From IMG/VR virus record IMGVR_UViG_3300045988_170943, positions 64,001-128,000 of that record: a stretch of 64,000 nucleotides of DNA, one strand, 5' to 3'. Origin of the DNA: a virus. The notes beneath the pieces were generated by a model, which saw only the letters and a program-made list of their open reading frames with translations, was not told the DNA's origin and did no database searches. The position numbers and the translations under genes were made by a program. Positions 9,800 to 19,529 of this stretch are shown here, in pieces (position 1 is the stretch's first letter; the number at the start of each line of letters is the position of its first letter).

Positions 9800-10849
9800 A
9801 TGAATAACGCAAAAGAGATTACCGACGACAGCACCCCGAACGAGGTCGTAGCATACCTGAACAACAAGATACAATCAGGCGAGTCACCTTTCACAACGCA
9901 TGATGCTCTTACGGACATTCAAGATGGAGAACTGACCCTGCCAAGATTTAATACTTCGGCTACCATGATTGCCAACATAGTGAACAACTGGCTTGACGGC
10001 AGTGGGGTTGCGCATATTGTGTGTGACGGGTTGACTAAAAACCTAATCGTCTACACTCTTTCAGAGGTTCAGGAAGTATCCGGCTCCTCTTTGGTGTGGT
10101 GGTGGAAGGAGATTGACTCTACCGCCTATATCCGCCTTATATCACCTATTAGAAAAGGGTACGAACTCCAGTTCCTCCTGCATGAGGCGCGCGACAACCA
10201 CTTCATGCTCACTGAGACCGTCCAGAAGGTTTGGGACGCCGCCAGAAGCCTCCCTATAGAGCACTCATTGAGGTTCTGCAAGAAGATTCTCGGAGAACAC
10301 CTGAGAGTGTGGGACACTGCACTTGGCACTAAGCCTGGCTCATGGGAGAACGTTCACGAGTCGCGTTCTCCATCGTGGGAAAGGTGGATTGCAAATGGAG
10401 GAAAAATTGAGTTTGTCACCAACTATGATGTTACAGTTGTTCAAGTAACACCAGAGCAGAACGAGGGACTGATCAAGTACTGGCAGAACCTCATAGAAAA
10501 CGAGAACGACCCAACCAAGGTACTGGATGTGCTTCAGGATGTGGATTATAGTGGAGTCATGTCATCCCCCAGCAGGTTCCCATACCGTGACCTGTACAGC
10601 AAGATCAATGGGTATCGTGAAGACCTCTCAAACATCCAGTATGCCCGCACCGACCCGAACCTATCTGACTACGGGTGGTTGAACATTGTAGACGTGTTCG
10701 TGACAGTAGACGAAAACAGCAAGCCGTTCGTGTACATGCTTTCAAACAACCCAGCCGACTACGGGTGGACACTCTGGGAGAACATCTCATTCATATCCCC
10801 ATACCTGCACAAGGCGGGTTGGAAGATAGACGACAAGCCACAACAGTAG
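9800..10849 (+). CDS. paralog family A protein
   Basis: The start is set by alignment to the 8761 paralog (MNNAKEITDDSTPNEVVAYLNN). The same conserved motifs are present. Confidence 0.55.
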   Translation: MNNAKEITDDSTPNEVVAYLNNKIQSGESPFTTHDALTDIQDGELTLPRFNTSATMIANIVNNWLDGSGVAHIVCDGLTKNLIVYTLSEVQEVSGSSLVWWWKEIDSTAYIRLISPIRKGYELQFLLHEARDNHFMLTETVQKVWDAARSLPIEHSLRFCKKILGEHLRVWDTALGTKPGSWENVHESRSPSWERWIANGGKIEFVTNYDVTVVQVTPEQNEGLIKYWQNLIENENDPTKVLDVLQDVDYSGVMSSPSRFPYRDLYSKINGYREDLSNIQYARTDPNLSDYGWLNIVDVFVTVDENSKPFVYMLSNNPADYGWTLWENISFISPYLHKAGWKIDDKPQQ

Positions 10850-10859
10850 AAAGTGACTC

Positions 10860-10907
10860 AGTTCACACCTGGTGGTGTTGACGGCCAACAACCCGGCCAC
10901 ATATGCT
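10860..10907 (+). promoter_or_regulatory. composite promoter motif AGTTCACAC-N8-GTTGAC-N18-TATGCT
   Basis: Motif instance. The downstream leader 'TATGCTTACCTCATCAAGCCAG' is shared with the 14297 and 14962 instances. Confidence 0.4.
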
Positions 10908-10960
10908 TACCTCATCAAGCCAGCAGGCAAGAAGCCACCAGGCGCAAGGCAAGGAGAACA

Positions 10961-11305
10961 ACAATGACCATCAACCCCACCAATGCCCCTACTGACGTCA
11001 TCAAGTTCCACGAGTCCGCCAAGAAGGCGTTCATTGGCAAGTCAGTGTGGACCGTGGACACGCTGCAACAGCGCACCACCGAGGGCATCATCCACCGCAC
11101 CCGAATCGTGATCTGCGATGAGGAAGGATTTGGTGGAGGCACACTTCAGAACGGCGGCGAGATCCGCAACGTCGGGGCCTTTGTTGGAGCCTTTGGAAGC
11201 ACTATTGATGACGTTCGTTTTGAGAAGTGGGACGAGGGGGTGTACCGCTTCTGGCTATGGAACAATGTCACCCACGATGTGGCAGAGTTCTACTACCACT
11301 GCTAA
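10961..11305 (+). CDS. hypothetical protein
   Basis: The SD 'aaggagaacaaca' precedes the ATG. Confidence 0.5.
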   Translation, partial: TMTINPTNAPTDVIKFHESAKKAFIGKSVWTVDTLQQRTTEGIIHRTRIVICDEEGFGGGTLQNGGEIRNVGAFVGAFGSTIDDVRFEKWDEGVYRFWLWNNVTHDVAEFYYHC

Positions 11306-11343
11306 CAGCCCACACAAGTCACCACAACAGGTGGCAAGAGTGC

Positions 11344-11390
11344 CGCTACCCACCCTGACCTATTCGGTGCGGGTAGCGGTTTTCTTTCGT
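11344..11390 (+). terminator. intrinsic terminator (9-bp GC stem + TTTTCTTTCG)
   Basis: A 'ccgctaccc...gggtagcgg' stem followed by a T-run. Confidence 0.55.
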
Positions 11391-11489
11391 CCATCATGGT
11401 CGCAATAAGCCCCTAGAGCAGAGGACACAAGACGGCTTATTAGCCCGTCGCCTCAACCAGCAATGTGTCCCACTTCATTTCTTCTCATG

Positions 11490-11519
11490 TTGACAACAGT
11501 CGCCCTGTGTGCATATATT
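11490..11519 (+). promoter_or_regulatory. sigma70-like promoter TTGACA-N17/18-ATATAT/TATATT
   Basis: Consensus hexamers read directly from the sequence, upstream of the 11574 gene. Confidence 0.5.
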
Positions 11520-11573
11520 TGAAGTACGTTTAAGGGAGCACCGGCTACATTGAAAGACCCCAAGGAGAAGAAG

Positions 11574-11987
11574 ATGGCTAATGGTTCCGTACTGATTTCG
11601 GGGTATGTGCGTGCTCGCATCAGCATGGAGGACGCTGAAAAGAGGGCGGAGAAGTTCAAGAAGGCCACCACGAAGCGATCCGAGAGCGCGACCGTTGAGG
11701 TTGATATCGAGGATATTCGTGAGATTAGCAAGAAGATTAAGTTCCTTGTTGCAGGAGATTCTGAGAGCCTGACCAACGACATCGACGACTTGGTTGAGTC
11801 CACGCTGTCGAAGGGCCTCAACTACAAAGATCACGCTGTTTGGGGAAAATTTGCGGTAACTGATCTGCGTCAGGTTAAGCCGGGTTGCACCCCAGCAATG
11901 TCAGTCTTCTCGCTCGACTTCGACGGCCACCCTAGAGAAAACGTCGAGGTCAGTAACACTGGTAAGGTCTATAGGCGCTGGATCTAA
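11574..11987 (+). CDS. hypothetical protein
   Basis: The SD 'aaggagaagaag' precedes the ATG. Confidence 0.55.
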   Translation: MANGSVLISGYVRARISMEDAEKRAEKFKKATTKRSESATVEVDIEDIREISKKIKFLVAGDSESLTNDIDDLVESTLSKGLNYKDHAVWGKFAVTDLRQVKPGCTPAMSVFSLDFDGHPRENVEVSNTGKVYRRWI

Positions 11988-11988
11988 G

Positions 11989-12024
11989 TACCCCACGATC
12001 GTTATCATCTTGCTCGTGGGGTAC
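11989..12024 (+). terminator. hairpin terminator (11-bp stem gtaccccacga/tcgtggggtac)
   Basis: Sits immediately after the stop codon at 11985; no strong T-run. Confidence 0.35.
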
Positions 12025-12057
12025 TTGCTCGTATCCCTAACACAGTAGACGTGACCT

Positions 12058-12105
12058 GGTTCACACTGTAGCGTGTTGACTACCTCTCCTCCTATCATGT
12101 AGGGT
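12058..12105 (+). promoter_or_regulatory. composite promoter motif GGTTCACAC-N8-GTTGAC-N18-TAGGGT
   Basis: Motif instance. Confidence 0.4.
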
Positions 12106-12161
12106 GGAGACACAAGCCAGGAACAACAGGGTTGCTGGCGAATACGCACAAGGAGTCGGAA

Positions 12162-12749
12162 ATGACCGCTTACACGTTCTCGAAGTTCGCCAACCCTACC
12201 TCGGATGTCGTACCTCAGCCGGTTGTCGATCTGGCTTTGGAGTTCACGCCTACTGCTACCATTTCTGCCAACGAAGGCGTTTTCGTCTGGGACAACTTCA
12301 AGGCGAACGGTGTGCGTGCCTTCTGGTACGACAATGATGTTGTGCTGGTGCATGTCACCAAGGTGGTTTTCGGGAAGCCGTTCACTTTCACTACTAAGTG
12401 GAACCTTGACTTTGAGGATGAGTGGCCCACTGGTACTCATCTCATTTGGGCTGCGCGTGAGGGGCTGGCTCAGGCTAACGCTCTGGTGTACCTCATTAAC
12501 TATCTGGAGGTCAACGGTCTCGGAGTAGCCGGGAAGATTGACCCTGAGGAAACTGTCATCACTCTGGATAGTGGACGCAAGGTCATGCTCCGTGTGGACT
12601 ATGACAATGAGACCGAGAGCGTGGTGTTCTCCTGGGATGCGGATGGTGCTCTTGATGACATCCTTTCTGCCTTCCAGACTCTTGATGAGATTGAGTACGA
12701 GGCCCCTGGGGGAAAGCGCATCGCCTTCAGCGCCTCCCTGTTCGCCTGA
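12162..12749 (+). CDS. hypothetical protein
   Basis: The SD 'caaggagtcgg' precedes the ATG. Confidence 0.55.
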   Translation: MTAYTFSKFANPTSDVVPQPVVDLALEFTPTATISANEGVFVWDNFKANGVRAFWYDNDVVLVHVTKVVFGKPFTFTTKWNLDFEDEWPTGTHLIWAAREGLAQANALVYLINYLEVNGLGVAGKIDPEETVITLDSGRKVMLRVDYDNETESVVFSWDADGALDDILSAFQTLDEIEYEAPGGKRIAFSASLFA

Positions 12750-12862
12750 GAGGCCACGTAAACTACTCACCCCAGGATCCTCTAGGCACAGGAGAGGATC
12801 CTGGGGTGGGCTTTGTCCGTGAAGAAGGCTGCGGGCGCTCTACCATCAGGGTAGTGTGTCGC

Positions 12863-12909
12863 AGTTCACTCGACTGGAAGTTGCCCCTAGCGCTGGGAGC
12901 ATGTAGTAT
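12863..12909 (+). promoter_or_regulatory. composite promoter motif AGTTCACTC-N8-GTTGCC-N17-TAGTAT
   Basis: Motif instance. Confidence 0.4.
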
Positions 12910-12964
12910 GATGTTCAGAAGTCAGGGGACAAAAGGTCTCATGACAAAACGCGAAGGAGACAAC

Positions 12965-13372
12965 ATGAGCAAGACTGTCACTGAGATTGTTAAGGCCGTC
13001 GCTGAGAATGGACTGGATGCCACTTTCGGCACTACTAACGCCGCTATCGATAATGGCTGGTATGACTGGTTTTGTCAGGACCGCTCACTGAAGAACAGGT
13101 CAAAGAAGTTCATGACCATTCTCAATCGGCTTACTAATGGCGGCAAGGTCAGCCTGGATGGTGAGGTTACCTTCCTGAACAAGTACGCAGAGCATCTGTT
13201 CGATGTCATGATTCTAGAGTCCACTGAGGGCACCATTTTTGTCGAGAATGACCCTCAGGAACATGGGGCGCGTTGGGCTGTTAAGGTGAACGGAAACCAC
13301 CCCACTGAGGGGTTCCTGAAGTTCGACAGTGTTCATGGCCTTGTTGCGTGGCTGAACGAGCCCTGGGGCTAA
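12965..13372 (+). CDS. hypothetical protein
   Basis: The SD 'gaaggagacaac' precedes the ATG. Confidence 0.55.
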   Translation: MSKTVTEIVKAVAENGLDATFGTTNAAIDNGWYDWFCQDRSLKNRSKKFMTILNRLTNGGKVSLDGEVTFLNKYAEHLFDVMILESTEGTIFVENDPQEHGARWAVKVNGNHPTEGFLKFDSVHGLVAWLNEPWG

Positions 13373-13432
13373 CTCGCTCTTACGGAGAGGTAAGAGCGCA
13401 GTATCTCACCCCTTCCTTGCAGGGAAGCGTAT

Positions 13433-13477
13433 GCAGTGCCGTACAGTTGACTATATGAGTTGACTGTACGGCACTGC
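13433..13477. repeat. perfect 15-bp inverted repeat (gcagtgccgtacagt / actgtacggcactgc) with a 15-nt spacer
   Basis: Read directly from the sequence. It sits after the 12965 gene and has no T-run, so it could be a terminator or an operator. Confidence 0.5.
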
Positions 13478-13645
13478 TGTCGCTGATGTTGAGTTTCCCT
13501 GCTAGATTTGACGCATCGGAGGGCGGTGGGTACGAGTGTGGCCTATTTCACTAGAGTCAACATTGATCATGTCTCACGGGTGGTGCTATGCTCATACCAG
13601 ATGCCAAGAACAAGAGGTTGTTGGCCAATATTTGAAGGAGTCACA

Positions 13646-14155
13646 ATGTCCGCCACTATCAAGCCCGCCACCAAGTACATTACCTCCAATGAGGCAATCT
13701 GTGAGGAAAACGTGGTAGAGAAGGGTGACTGGGCTGACTTCCTTGAATCATCCATTAAGGGAATGCACGTGACCGATGTGTACGTGACTACCCGTAAGGC
13801 CGCCCACAATAAGTGCCCTCAGGGAATTGACTGTGATGACTCGAACGAGGGTGACTCTGCGGTAGTCATTGAGGGTCCCGTGAACCGTGTTGTTCTGCTT
13901 GGTCACTCTGCCCCCGATTTTGACAACGATGTCAAGTTGAATGTGCTCAGTTACGACAACTCCGACAAGAGGGTGAACAGTGTGTCCATTGAGGGCATCA
14001 ACACCTACTGGTTCACACAGGGCACTGAGGGCGGAGAGTACTACACCGTCAAGATCGGCCGCCACAATTCGCCTATTATCATTGAGGTCCTGACCTACTC
14101 CGACTCCCTCGGTGATGTGGGCGTGCCATACATTGTGGTCCAGGACGCCCGCTGA
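13646..14155 (+). CDS. hypothetical protein
   Basis: The SD 'gaaggagtcaca' precedes the ATG. Confidence 0.55.
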   Translation: MSATIKPATKYITSNEAICEENVVEKGDWADFLESSIKGMHVTDVYVTTRKAAHNKCPQGIDCDDSNEGDSAVVIEGPVNRVVLLGHSAPDFDNDVKLNVLSYDNSDKRVNSVSIEGINTYWFTQGTEGGEYYTVKIGRHNSPIIIEVLTYSDSLGDVGVPYIVVQDAR

Positions 14156-14170
14156 TAAGCCACTAACTGT

Positions 14171-14218
14171 CGCCCTGGCATGAGGTTCTACCGTTCATGC
14201 CAGGGCGGCTTTATTTAC
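14171..14218 (+). terminator. intrinsic terminator (13-bp stem + CTTTATTTACC)
   Basis: A 'cgccctggcatga...tcatgccagggcg' stem followed by a T-rich tail. Confidence 0.55.
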
Positions 14219-14254
14219 CGCTGTCAGAGTTCACGCAAAACATGACTGTGGCCC

Positions 14255-14302
14255 AGTTCACATGTTTACCAGTTGCGCATGTTCAAGGTCATGCCGTATG
14301 CT
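14255..14302 (+). promoter_or_regulatory. composite promoter motif AGTTCACAT-N8-GTTGCG-N18-TATGCT (plus an extra AGTTCAC half-site at 14228)
   Basis: Motif instance, with the downstream leader 'TATGCTTACACCATCAAAGG'. Confidence 0.4.
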
Positions 14303-14340
14303 TACACCATCAAAGGAAACAAACACAAAGGAGGATAGCC

Positions 14341-14751
14341 GTGAGCGCGCCCCTGGATCTCACCACCTACTTCACCAGCCCGAACACGGACAGTGGTGAG
14401 AAGTTCACTTATGAGAGTGAGATCGCTCTTGGATTAACTAGGGCCGCTGGGAAGTTCTCTTCCATCAGCGGTGAGGTTCTGACTGCTATCAAGCGTCTGG
14501 CTCACGAGGCTGGCAGTCACGTGACCATCCTCAACCCTCCGTCGTCTTTGCTTTCACGTGAGCACCCGCTCATTGTTGCTATTGGGTTCGAGGTGGTAGA
14601 GATTCACCTGGATTACGGACGCATCCAGGTGAACGTGCTCGAAGGCTGGCAGGACGTTCACGCCAACCTCGCTGGGTACACGACGTATGTCCAGTCCGAG
14701 GCGTGGAAGAGCCTGGGTGAGCACATGGCCCATATGGTCCACTGGCAGTAG
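14341..14751 (+). CDS. hypothetical protein
   Basis: The SD 'aaaggaggatagcc' precedes a GTG start. Confidence 0.5.
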   Translation: MSAPLDLTTYFTSPNTDSGEKFTYESEIALGLTRAAGKFSSISGEVLTAIKRLAHEAGSHVTILNPPSSLLSREHPLIVAIGFEVVEIHLDYGRIQVNVLEGWQDVHANLAGYTTYVQSEAWKSLGEHMAHMVHWQ

Positions 14752-14920
14752 CCATCACGGATGATACGACTGGGGTGGGCGCGTTTGGTATGAAGAACGT
14801 GCCCACCCCGGTTCTCCTTGTCTTCTTGCCACGCTCGCACTATCGTCAACACGCCTCTTAGTCTGATCAACCAGCAGCAGCACCCCATGAAGCACGCTAT
14901 CTGCCTGTAGAGTGAGACTC

Positions 14921-14967
14921 AGTTCACACATAGCGGGGTTGCAGTCTGCCGCGGCAACCTGTACGCT
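14921..14967 (+). promoter_or_regulatory. composite promoter motif AGTTCACAC-N8-GTTGCA-N17-TACGCT
   Basis: Motif instance. Confidence 0.4.
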
Positions 14968-15017
14968 TAAACCATCAGGAACACGACGGCGATTACCGCC
15001 AGAACGGAGACAGACAG

Positions 15018-15506
15018 ATGAGCATCAATCTTGTTGCCAACATGGTTATTGGCAAACGCGAGACTGTCAACATTCTCAACCCCGACGAGAATGAGAGTTG
15101 GGTTTCTTTCCGCCGCGCCGAGTTCAATTTCGACTCCGTGAGCGACTTTATTACCGTGGTTAAGAGGTTGTTCCTCATGGATCACCCTCACTCCGATCTT
15201 CTGATGAACGAGCGTGACAGGGAGGCGGTTCGTATCCCTACTTTCCTCCAGGTCGCTGAGGATCTTGGTGCGGAGGTTGAAGATGTTGAGCGACCTGGTG
15301 ACAGGGATTGTCTGTCTGGTGGGTTCGGGGACGATGCCGCGATCCTGTTTGGTGGAACCGTCTTCCCTGACGAGGACAACACCTACCTGGCTCTTTTCGG
15401 CAGTTCAGCATCCGGGGACCGGAAGTGGCCAGGCCACAAAGACGTGGTAGATGCTGTTAGGGGAGGCTTCGTCGCCCAGGAGGCCAAGAACCTGGGAATC
15501 AAGTAG
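15018..15506 (+). CDS. hypothetical acidic protein
   Basis: The SD 'acggagacagacag' precedes the ATG. Confidence 0.55.
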   Translation: MSINLVANMVIGKRETVNILNPDENESWVSFRRAEFNFDSVSDFITVVKRLFLMDHPHSDLLMNERDREAVRIPTFLQVAEDLGAEVEDVERPGDRDCLSGGFGDDAAILFGGTVFPDEDNTYLALFGSSASGDRKWPGHKDVVDAVRGGFVAQEAKNLGIK

Positions 15507-15531
15507 AAGTACGTTAACCCTAGGGTGGTGT

Positions 15532-15580
15532 ACTTCACATGACCTTGGGTTGCTTCACCTGGTAGGGGTGACATATACTA
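15532..15580 (+). promoter_or_regulatory. composite promoter motif ACTTCACAT-N8-GTTGCT-N19-TATACT followed by AGAGTCATGACAG
   Basis: Motif instance. It shares the downstream 'TATACTrGAGTCATsACAG' with the 19530 instance. Confidence 0.4.
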
Positions 15581-15633
15581 GAGTCATGACAGGGAGCAAT
15601 AAGAGCGCTCTGACTAGATAGAAAGGCTCAGTT

Positions 15634-16014
15634 ATGTCAGGCTTCTTCCGTAAGGCCCAGGCAGAGTCGGAGATTGATACGGTTATGCGTAACGTCTGTG
15701 ACGCCTTCCGTGATGAGTTCAATGTGGAGCCATCCATCTCTGACGATAGTGCACCCTTCTCCTTCCGTGCGTACCACTTTGACGCGCGTTGCAAACACCT
15801 TGTTATCGCCCGTCGAGTCATTGATCACTGGGTGATTGATGTTGCTCTTCAGATCCCTCGCAAGGATGAGATTCTTAAGGGACAGTCAACCACTACTGAT
15901 GTATCCTATGGTGGGGTCAAGGCGGCCATCTCGAACGCTCTCTACCATGGGGTCGTTGTGGATCGTATCAGCGGTGAGGTTATTCGTCGTCTCGGACACA
16001 GGCGCTCCGCCTGA
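15634..16014 (+). CDS. hypothetical protein
   Basis: The SD 'gaaaggctcag' precedes the ATG. Confidence 0.5.
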   Translation: MSGFFRKAQAESEIDTVMRNVCDAFRDEFNVEPSISDDSAPFSFRAYHFDARCKHLVIARRVIDHWVIDVALQIPRKDEILKGQSTTTDVSYGGVKAAISNALYHGVVVDRISGEVIRRLGHRRSA

Positions 16015-16226
16015 CAGTTTCTACACATAAACAACAGGTGTATGTGACGTGGATCGTTCGGTTTCATGCAGGCCGCCCACCAATACCGTCGCTCGCAGTG
16101 GGGTGCTGTTGTTGCACACATCACTACCACCTAAGTTGAATGACCTCTTGTGGTCGTGTACACTGAAAGCACCTAAGGGCAGAAGGCGGGCAGGGCCGAC
16201 TGCAAGACGAACAGGAAGAGAAGACC

Positions 16227-16706
16227 ATGATGGACGCGAAGGGCTTCATCAACAAGATCGAGCAGGCCATGAAGAACGGTGAGACCTTTACTCACGCTGT
16301 TGGCAGTTACGGCAGTTTTGAAGTCACTGTTTCCCCTGATGGTAGTGCAGTGTGCAAGTTGGAGGACGAAGAGCACAGTACTCTTCCTGCCGGTAGCAGC
16401 CCGGAAGAGATCCTTAACTACTACTCAACAAGTATCCGCCAGTCGTCCTACTCTTACGACACTGAGGGTGGAGGGTCCGTGACCTTTGTGAAGGACCTCC
16501 AGGTCGGCGACGTCATTCTCTACAGCCTGCATGGCGACGGGAACGCTAAGGTTGTCTCTGTAGACACGACTGACAGTGAGATCGTTGTGACTTTCGTTGT
16601 CCATTCTCCTGGCAGGACGTGGAAGCAGGTTGATACCTACCCTGCCGGGTCTATGATGGAGTTCGATCTCCTTTGGGGGGCTGACTGGGTTCCTGAGGAG
16701 AAGTAG
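16227..16706 (+). CDS. hypothetical protein
   Basis: The SD 'caggaagagaag' precedes the ATG. Confidence 0.55.
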   Translation: MMDAKGFINKIEQAMKNGETFTHAVGSYGSFEVTVSPDGSAVCKLEDEEHSTLPAGSSPEEILNYYSTSIRQSSYSYDTEGGGSVTFVKDLQVGDVILYSLHGDGNAKVVSVDTTDSEIVVTFVVHSPGRTWKQVDTYPAGSMMEFDLLWGADWVPEEK

Positions 16707-16719
16707 TATCCGGTTGAGG

Positions 16720-16768
16720 TCTTGTACTTGTGGGGGCAAGAAGATCCCGTTACCACAAGCACAAGACG
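16720..16768 (+). terminator. hairpin (about 14-bp stem with 1 mismatch), possible terminator
   Basis: Stem 'gtcttgtacttgtgg...ccacaagcacaagac'; no T-run. Confidence 0.3.
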
Positions 16769-16882
16769 CCCCAGTTCTCCTATCGATTTCAAGTGGCATG
16801 AAGTGAACGCGGCTCTCATTAGTGCCCCATTGTGAAACATTTTCCGCATTCTCACTAAAAAATAGGACAGGAGAAGATAGTT

Positions 16883-17359
16883 ATGGCTGAGATCTTCGTC
16901 AAGGATATGTACGCATTCGCTAAGGGCGTCACCTTCAACAGGGACACCAACGGGTTGCACTATCGTCCAACCCTGGCGCTACAGAGGTATCTGAGTGGCC
17001 CCAGTAGCCCGATCCTTATTAGTCCTGACAATTACAGGATTGTTTTCGGGAAGAAGATGTTCTCCATCACGGACGTCTCTGGTATGGCTGGCGCCGGAAT
17101 CAACCATGGTGACACTTTTGACATCGTGTTCCAGATTGATCCCGTATCGCACTACAACAACATCTCTGATGGTGCTTTTGAGGCCGTCAAGAGGGACCTC
17201 TGGTACTTGGCCCGCTGGTTTGAGATGAGCCCGGATGAGGCCAAGAAGATCGATGCAGAGATCGCCAAGGATAATGAGATGAGTCTAGATGGCCTCAACT
17301 CTGTTCTTCAGGCCTGGGGTTTGGCGCCTGTCCCTCAGTCCAAGACATTCAACCTGTGA
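16883..17359 (+). CDS. hypothetical protein
   Basis: The SD 'ggacaggagaag' precedes the ATG. Confidence 0.55.
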   Translation: MAEIFVKDMYAFAKGVTFNRDTNGLHYRPTLALQRYLSGPSSPILISPDNYRIVFGKKMFSITDVSGMAGAGINHGDTFDIVFQIDPVSHYNNISDGAFEAVKRDLWYLARWFEMSPDEAKKIDAEIAKDNEMSLDGLNSVLQAWGLAPVPQSKTFNL

Positions 17360-17515
17360 GTTCGCAAACACTATCCTTGATCAGACACCCCTTTTCTGTC
17401 GCTATGTGACCGGTTACACATCATAGAAAGACATGCATTAGGTGGAAGTGCTCTACAATGATCACGTGAGCAGTCACTCATACTTGTCATTCAAGACCAC
17501 TCACACTCAACGCAA

Positions 17516-18199
17516 ATGAAGGAGAACAGGATCGTGCCCCCAGAAGGACTCACGCCCCTATCTATCAGCGAGTTCGCAGCCAAGTACGGCCCCATCATGG
17601 AGATTGTTGGGATGAGCCGTCAAGGAGTGAAAGACATCCTTGCTATGGCATATGGTGTGTTTCCGTCTCCAGGGAATGGGTACAACGTTACCAGTACTGG
17701 AATTGTTGCGTCCGCTTTCCAGGAGTCTTCTCTGCCTCTTTTGCACCGTCGTCGTCAGGTGTCTGCCACTACGATTTTCAATGCCACTGTTGGGGCATCG
17801 GGTAGGCAGGGTCAGTGGGGTTTCACTATGCAGCAGCACGGCCGCAGAATCATGGCGGCTATCTCTAACCGTGATGGCTGGTTCAAGGTCATGGATGATG
17901 GCCCTGGCTTCAAGTACTATCATGCAGTTAGTGGGGTGAAGTGGGCCGACACCCCGATTCACTACAATAGTGGCGTCAGATCTTCCCGCAATGAGCCTGT
18001 TTTCCTTGATGGCATTCGAGAGATGATTGAGGAGTTGCAGCACATTGTCGCATTAAGGCCTACCATCCCTGAAACCGGGCGAAAGGCGAGACTGTTCTCC
18101 AAGTCCCCAAACGGTTCCCTACTGGACATGCGTGTGCTCAACAACCCCAACATCTGGCAGGAGACACAGAGCAAGGGAGAGGCCGATCAGCAGGAGTAG
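17516..18199 (+). CDS. hypothetical protein (an in-frame GTG at 17534 with SD AAGGAG is the likelier start)
   Basis: The ATG at 17516 lacks an SD. 'aaggag' lies 10 nt upstream of the in-frame GTG at 17534. Confidence 0.5.
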   Translation: MKENRIVPPEGLTPLSISEFAAKYGPIMEIVGMSRQGVKDILAMAYGVFPSPGNGYNVTSTGIVASAFQESSLPLLHRRRQVSATTIFNATVGASGRQGQWGFTMQQHGRRIMAAISNRDGWFKVMDDGPGFKYYHAVSGVKWADTPIHYNSGVRSSRNEPVFLDGIREMIEELQHIVALRPTIPETGRKARLFSKSPNGSLLDMRVLNNPNIWQETQSKGEADQQE

Positions 18200-18322
18200 G
18201 GCATTCTTCTAGCGTGTGACTAGCATTACTGGGTTCCAGGTTGAAGATGCTGCTGTTGTGTCATAGCCTGGTGACAGGTTGACCAAAGAGCGGAAGACAC
18301 TAACACGGAAAGAGAAGCCACG

Positions 18323-19423
18323 ATGACAGTCAAGATTAATGACGCCAAGTATAAGGTGCTCGGCATGCTGGCCGAGATCTCCGATGACGAGTTCACCAGG
18401 TGGAGTGAGAAGCAACTTCATGCCGTCCAGCGCAGCATCATTGAGCGAGTGTCTTCTGGCCCTGAGAAGATCAAGGGCTTCAACAAGAGGATCACCGATC
18501 TCTTCAACAAGGCATCCTATGTCAACAATAACGTGGTTTGCTACGTTGCTGTTGACGACGAGGAAGAGATCATCCTCTACTCTCTCGCCAAGACTTCAGC
18601 AAATAGTTTTGACCGCCACGAGTACGACACGTTCGGCTGGGACTTGGACACACTGAGCCATGACGATGACAGGATTGAGAACGTTGAAGTTCTTGCCGAT
18701 GTTATTGACAAGGCTAATGACCTTCGACGCAATTTCTTGCAGGCGACCGGCAGTCGTTTCGAGACCTGGAACGCATGTCAGGACCTTTGGGTCACCTGCT
18801 ACATAGCGAACGAGCAAATTTCTATGGCTGCCCAGCAGATGCATGACTTCATCGACCAGATCATGAGTTTCGTTCTTGGTGAGACGGGCTCTTTCAAGCC
18901 TAAGAAGGATCCCATCGGTGAGATTGAGTACTGGTTCTATGACGGGGGAACCATCTCTATCAAGAACGGGTACTACACTGAAACCTACAAGGTAGGCCCC
19001 CAGTACTTTGACGGTATCAAGACCTCCTGGATTTATCGGGCTAATGCCGTGGGACTCTCTGGGGATGCGGCTGATCTGATGAACGACATCCTTAAGAGCG
19101 GTGTCATGGCCTCCACAGAGAAGTTCGACTACTCGGAAGTGTACTCCCAATTCCCCGGGTACAGTAAGGAACTGACTGATCTGAGCAAGATGCAGGACGA
19201 CAAGACCTTCAACTATGGTGGAGACACTGACATCATTGACGGTTTCGTTATCGCCGACGAGGTGAAGAACGTTGACGACTCCTGGGCCCACGCTAGCGGC
19301 TACTACTCCGTAGCGGTCCTGTCTCGAAGCATCGACGAGGACACCTACTCCTGGAAGGAAATCTACGACTGGGGTGAGGTGTATGATTATCTCGTTCGGG
19401 CAGGCATGAAGGTCGAAGAGTGA
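18323..19423 (+). CDS. paralog family A protein
   Basis: C-terminal 'ILKSGVMASTEKFDYSEVYSQFPGYSKELTDLS...IIDGFVIADE' matches the family A motif. Confidence 0.55.
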   Translation: MTVKINDAKYKVLGMLAEISDDEFTRWSEKQLHAVQRSIIERVSSGPEKIKGFNKRITDLFNKASYVNNNVVCYVAVDDEEEIILYSLAKTSANSFDRHEYDTFGWDLDTLSHDDDRIENVEVLADVIDKANDLRRNFLQATGSRFETWNACQDLWVTCYIANEQISMAAQQMHDFIDQIMSFVLGETGSFKPKKDPIGEIEYWFYDGGTISIKNGYYTETYKVGPQYFDGIKTSWIYRANAVGLSGDAADLMNDILKSGVMASTEKFDYSEVYSQFPGYSKELTDLSKMQDDKTFNYGGDTDIIDGFVIADEVKNVDDSWAHASGYYSVAVLSRSIDEDTYSWKEIYDWGEVYDYLVRAGMKVEE

Positions 19424-19529
19424 GAACGCTAGCGCGATGTAAGGGCCACTTGTATCTGCGTGTCAGGCAGATCTCAAAGAAGTAAGAGGTCACCTGAACG
19501 GCAGCAGGCGACGAAGGACTTTGTGACTC

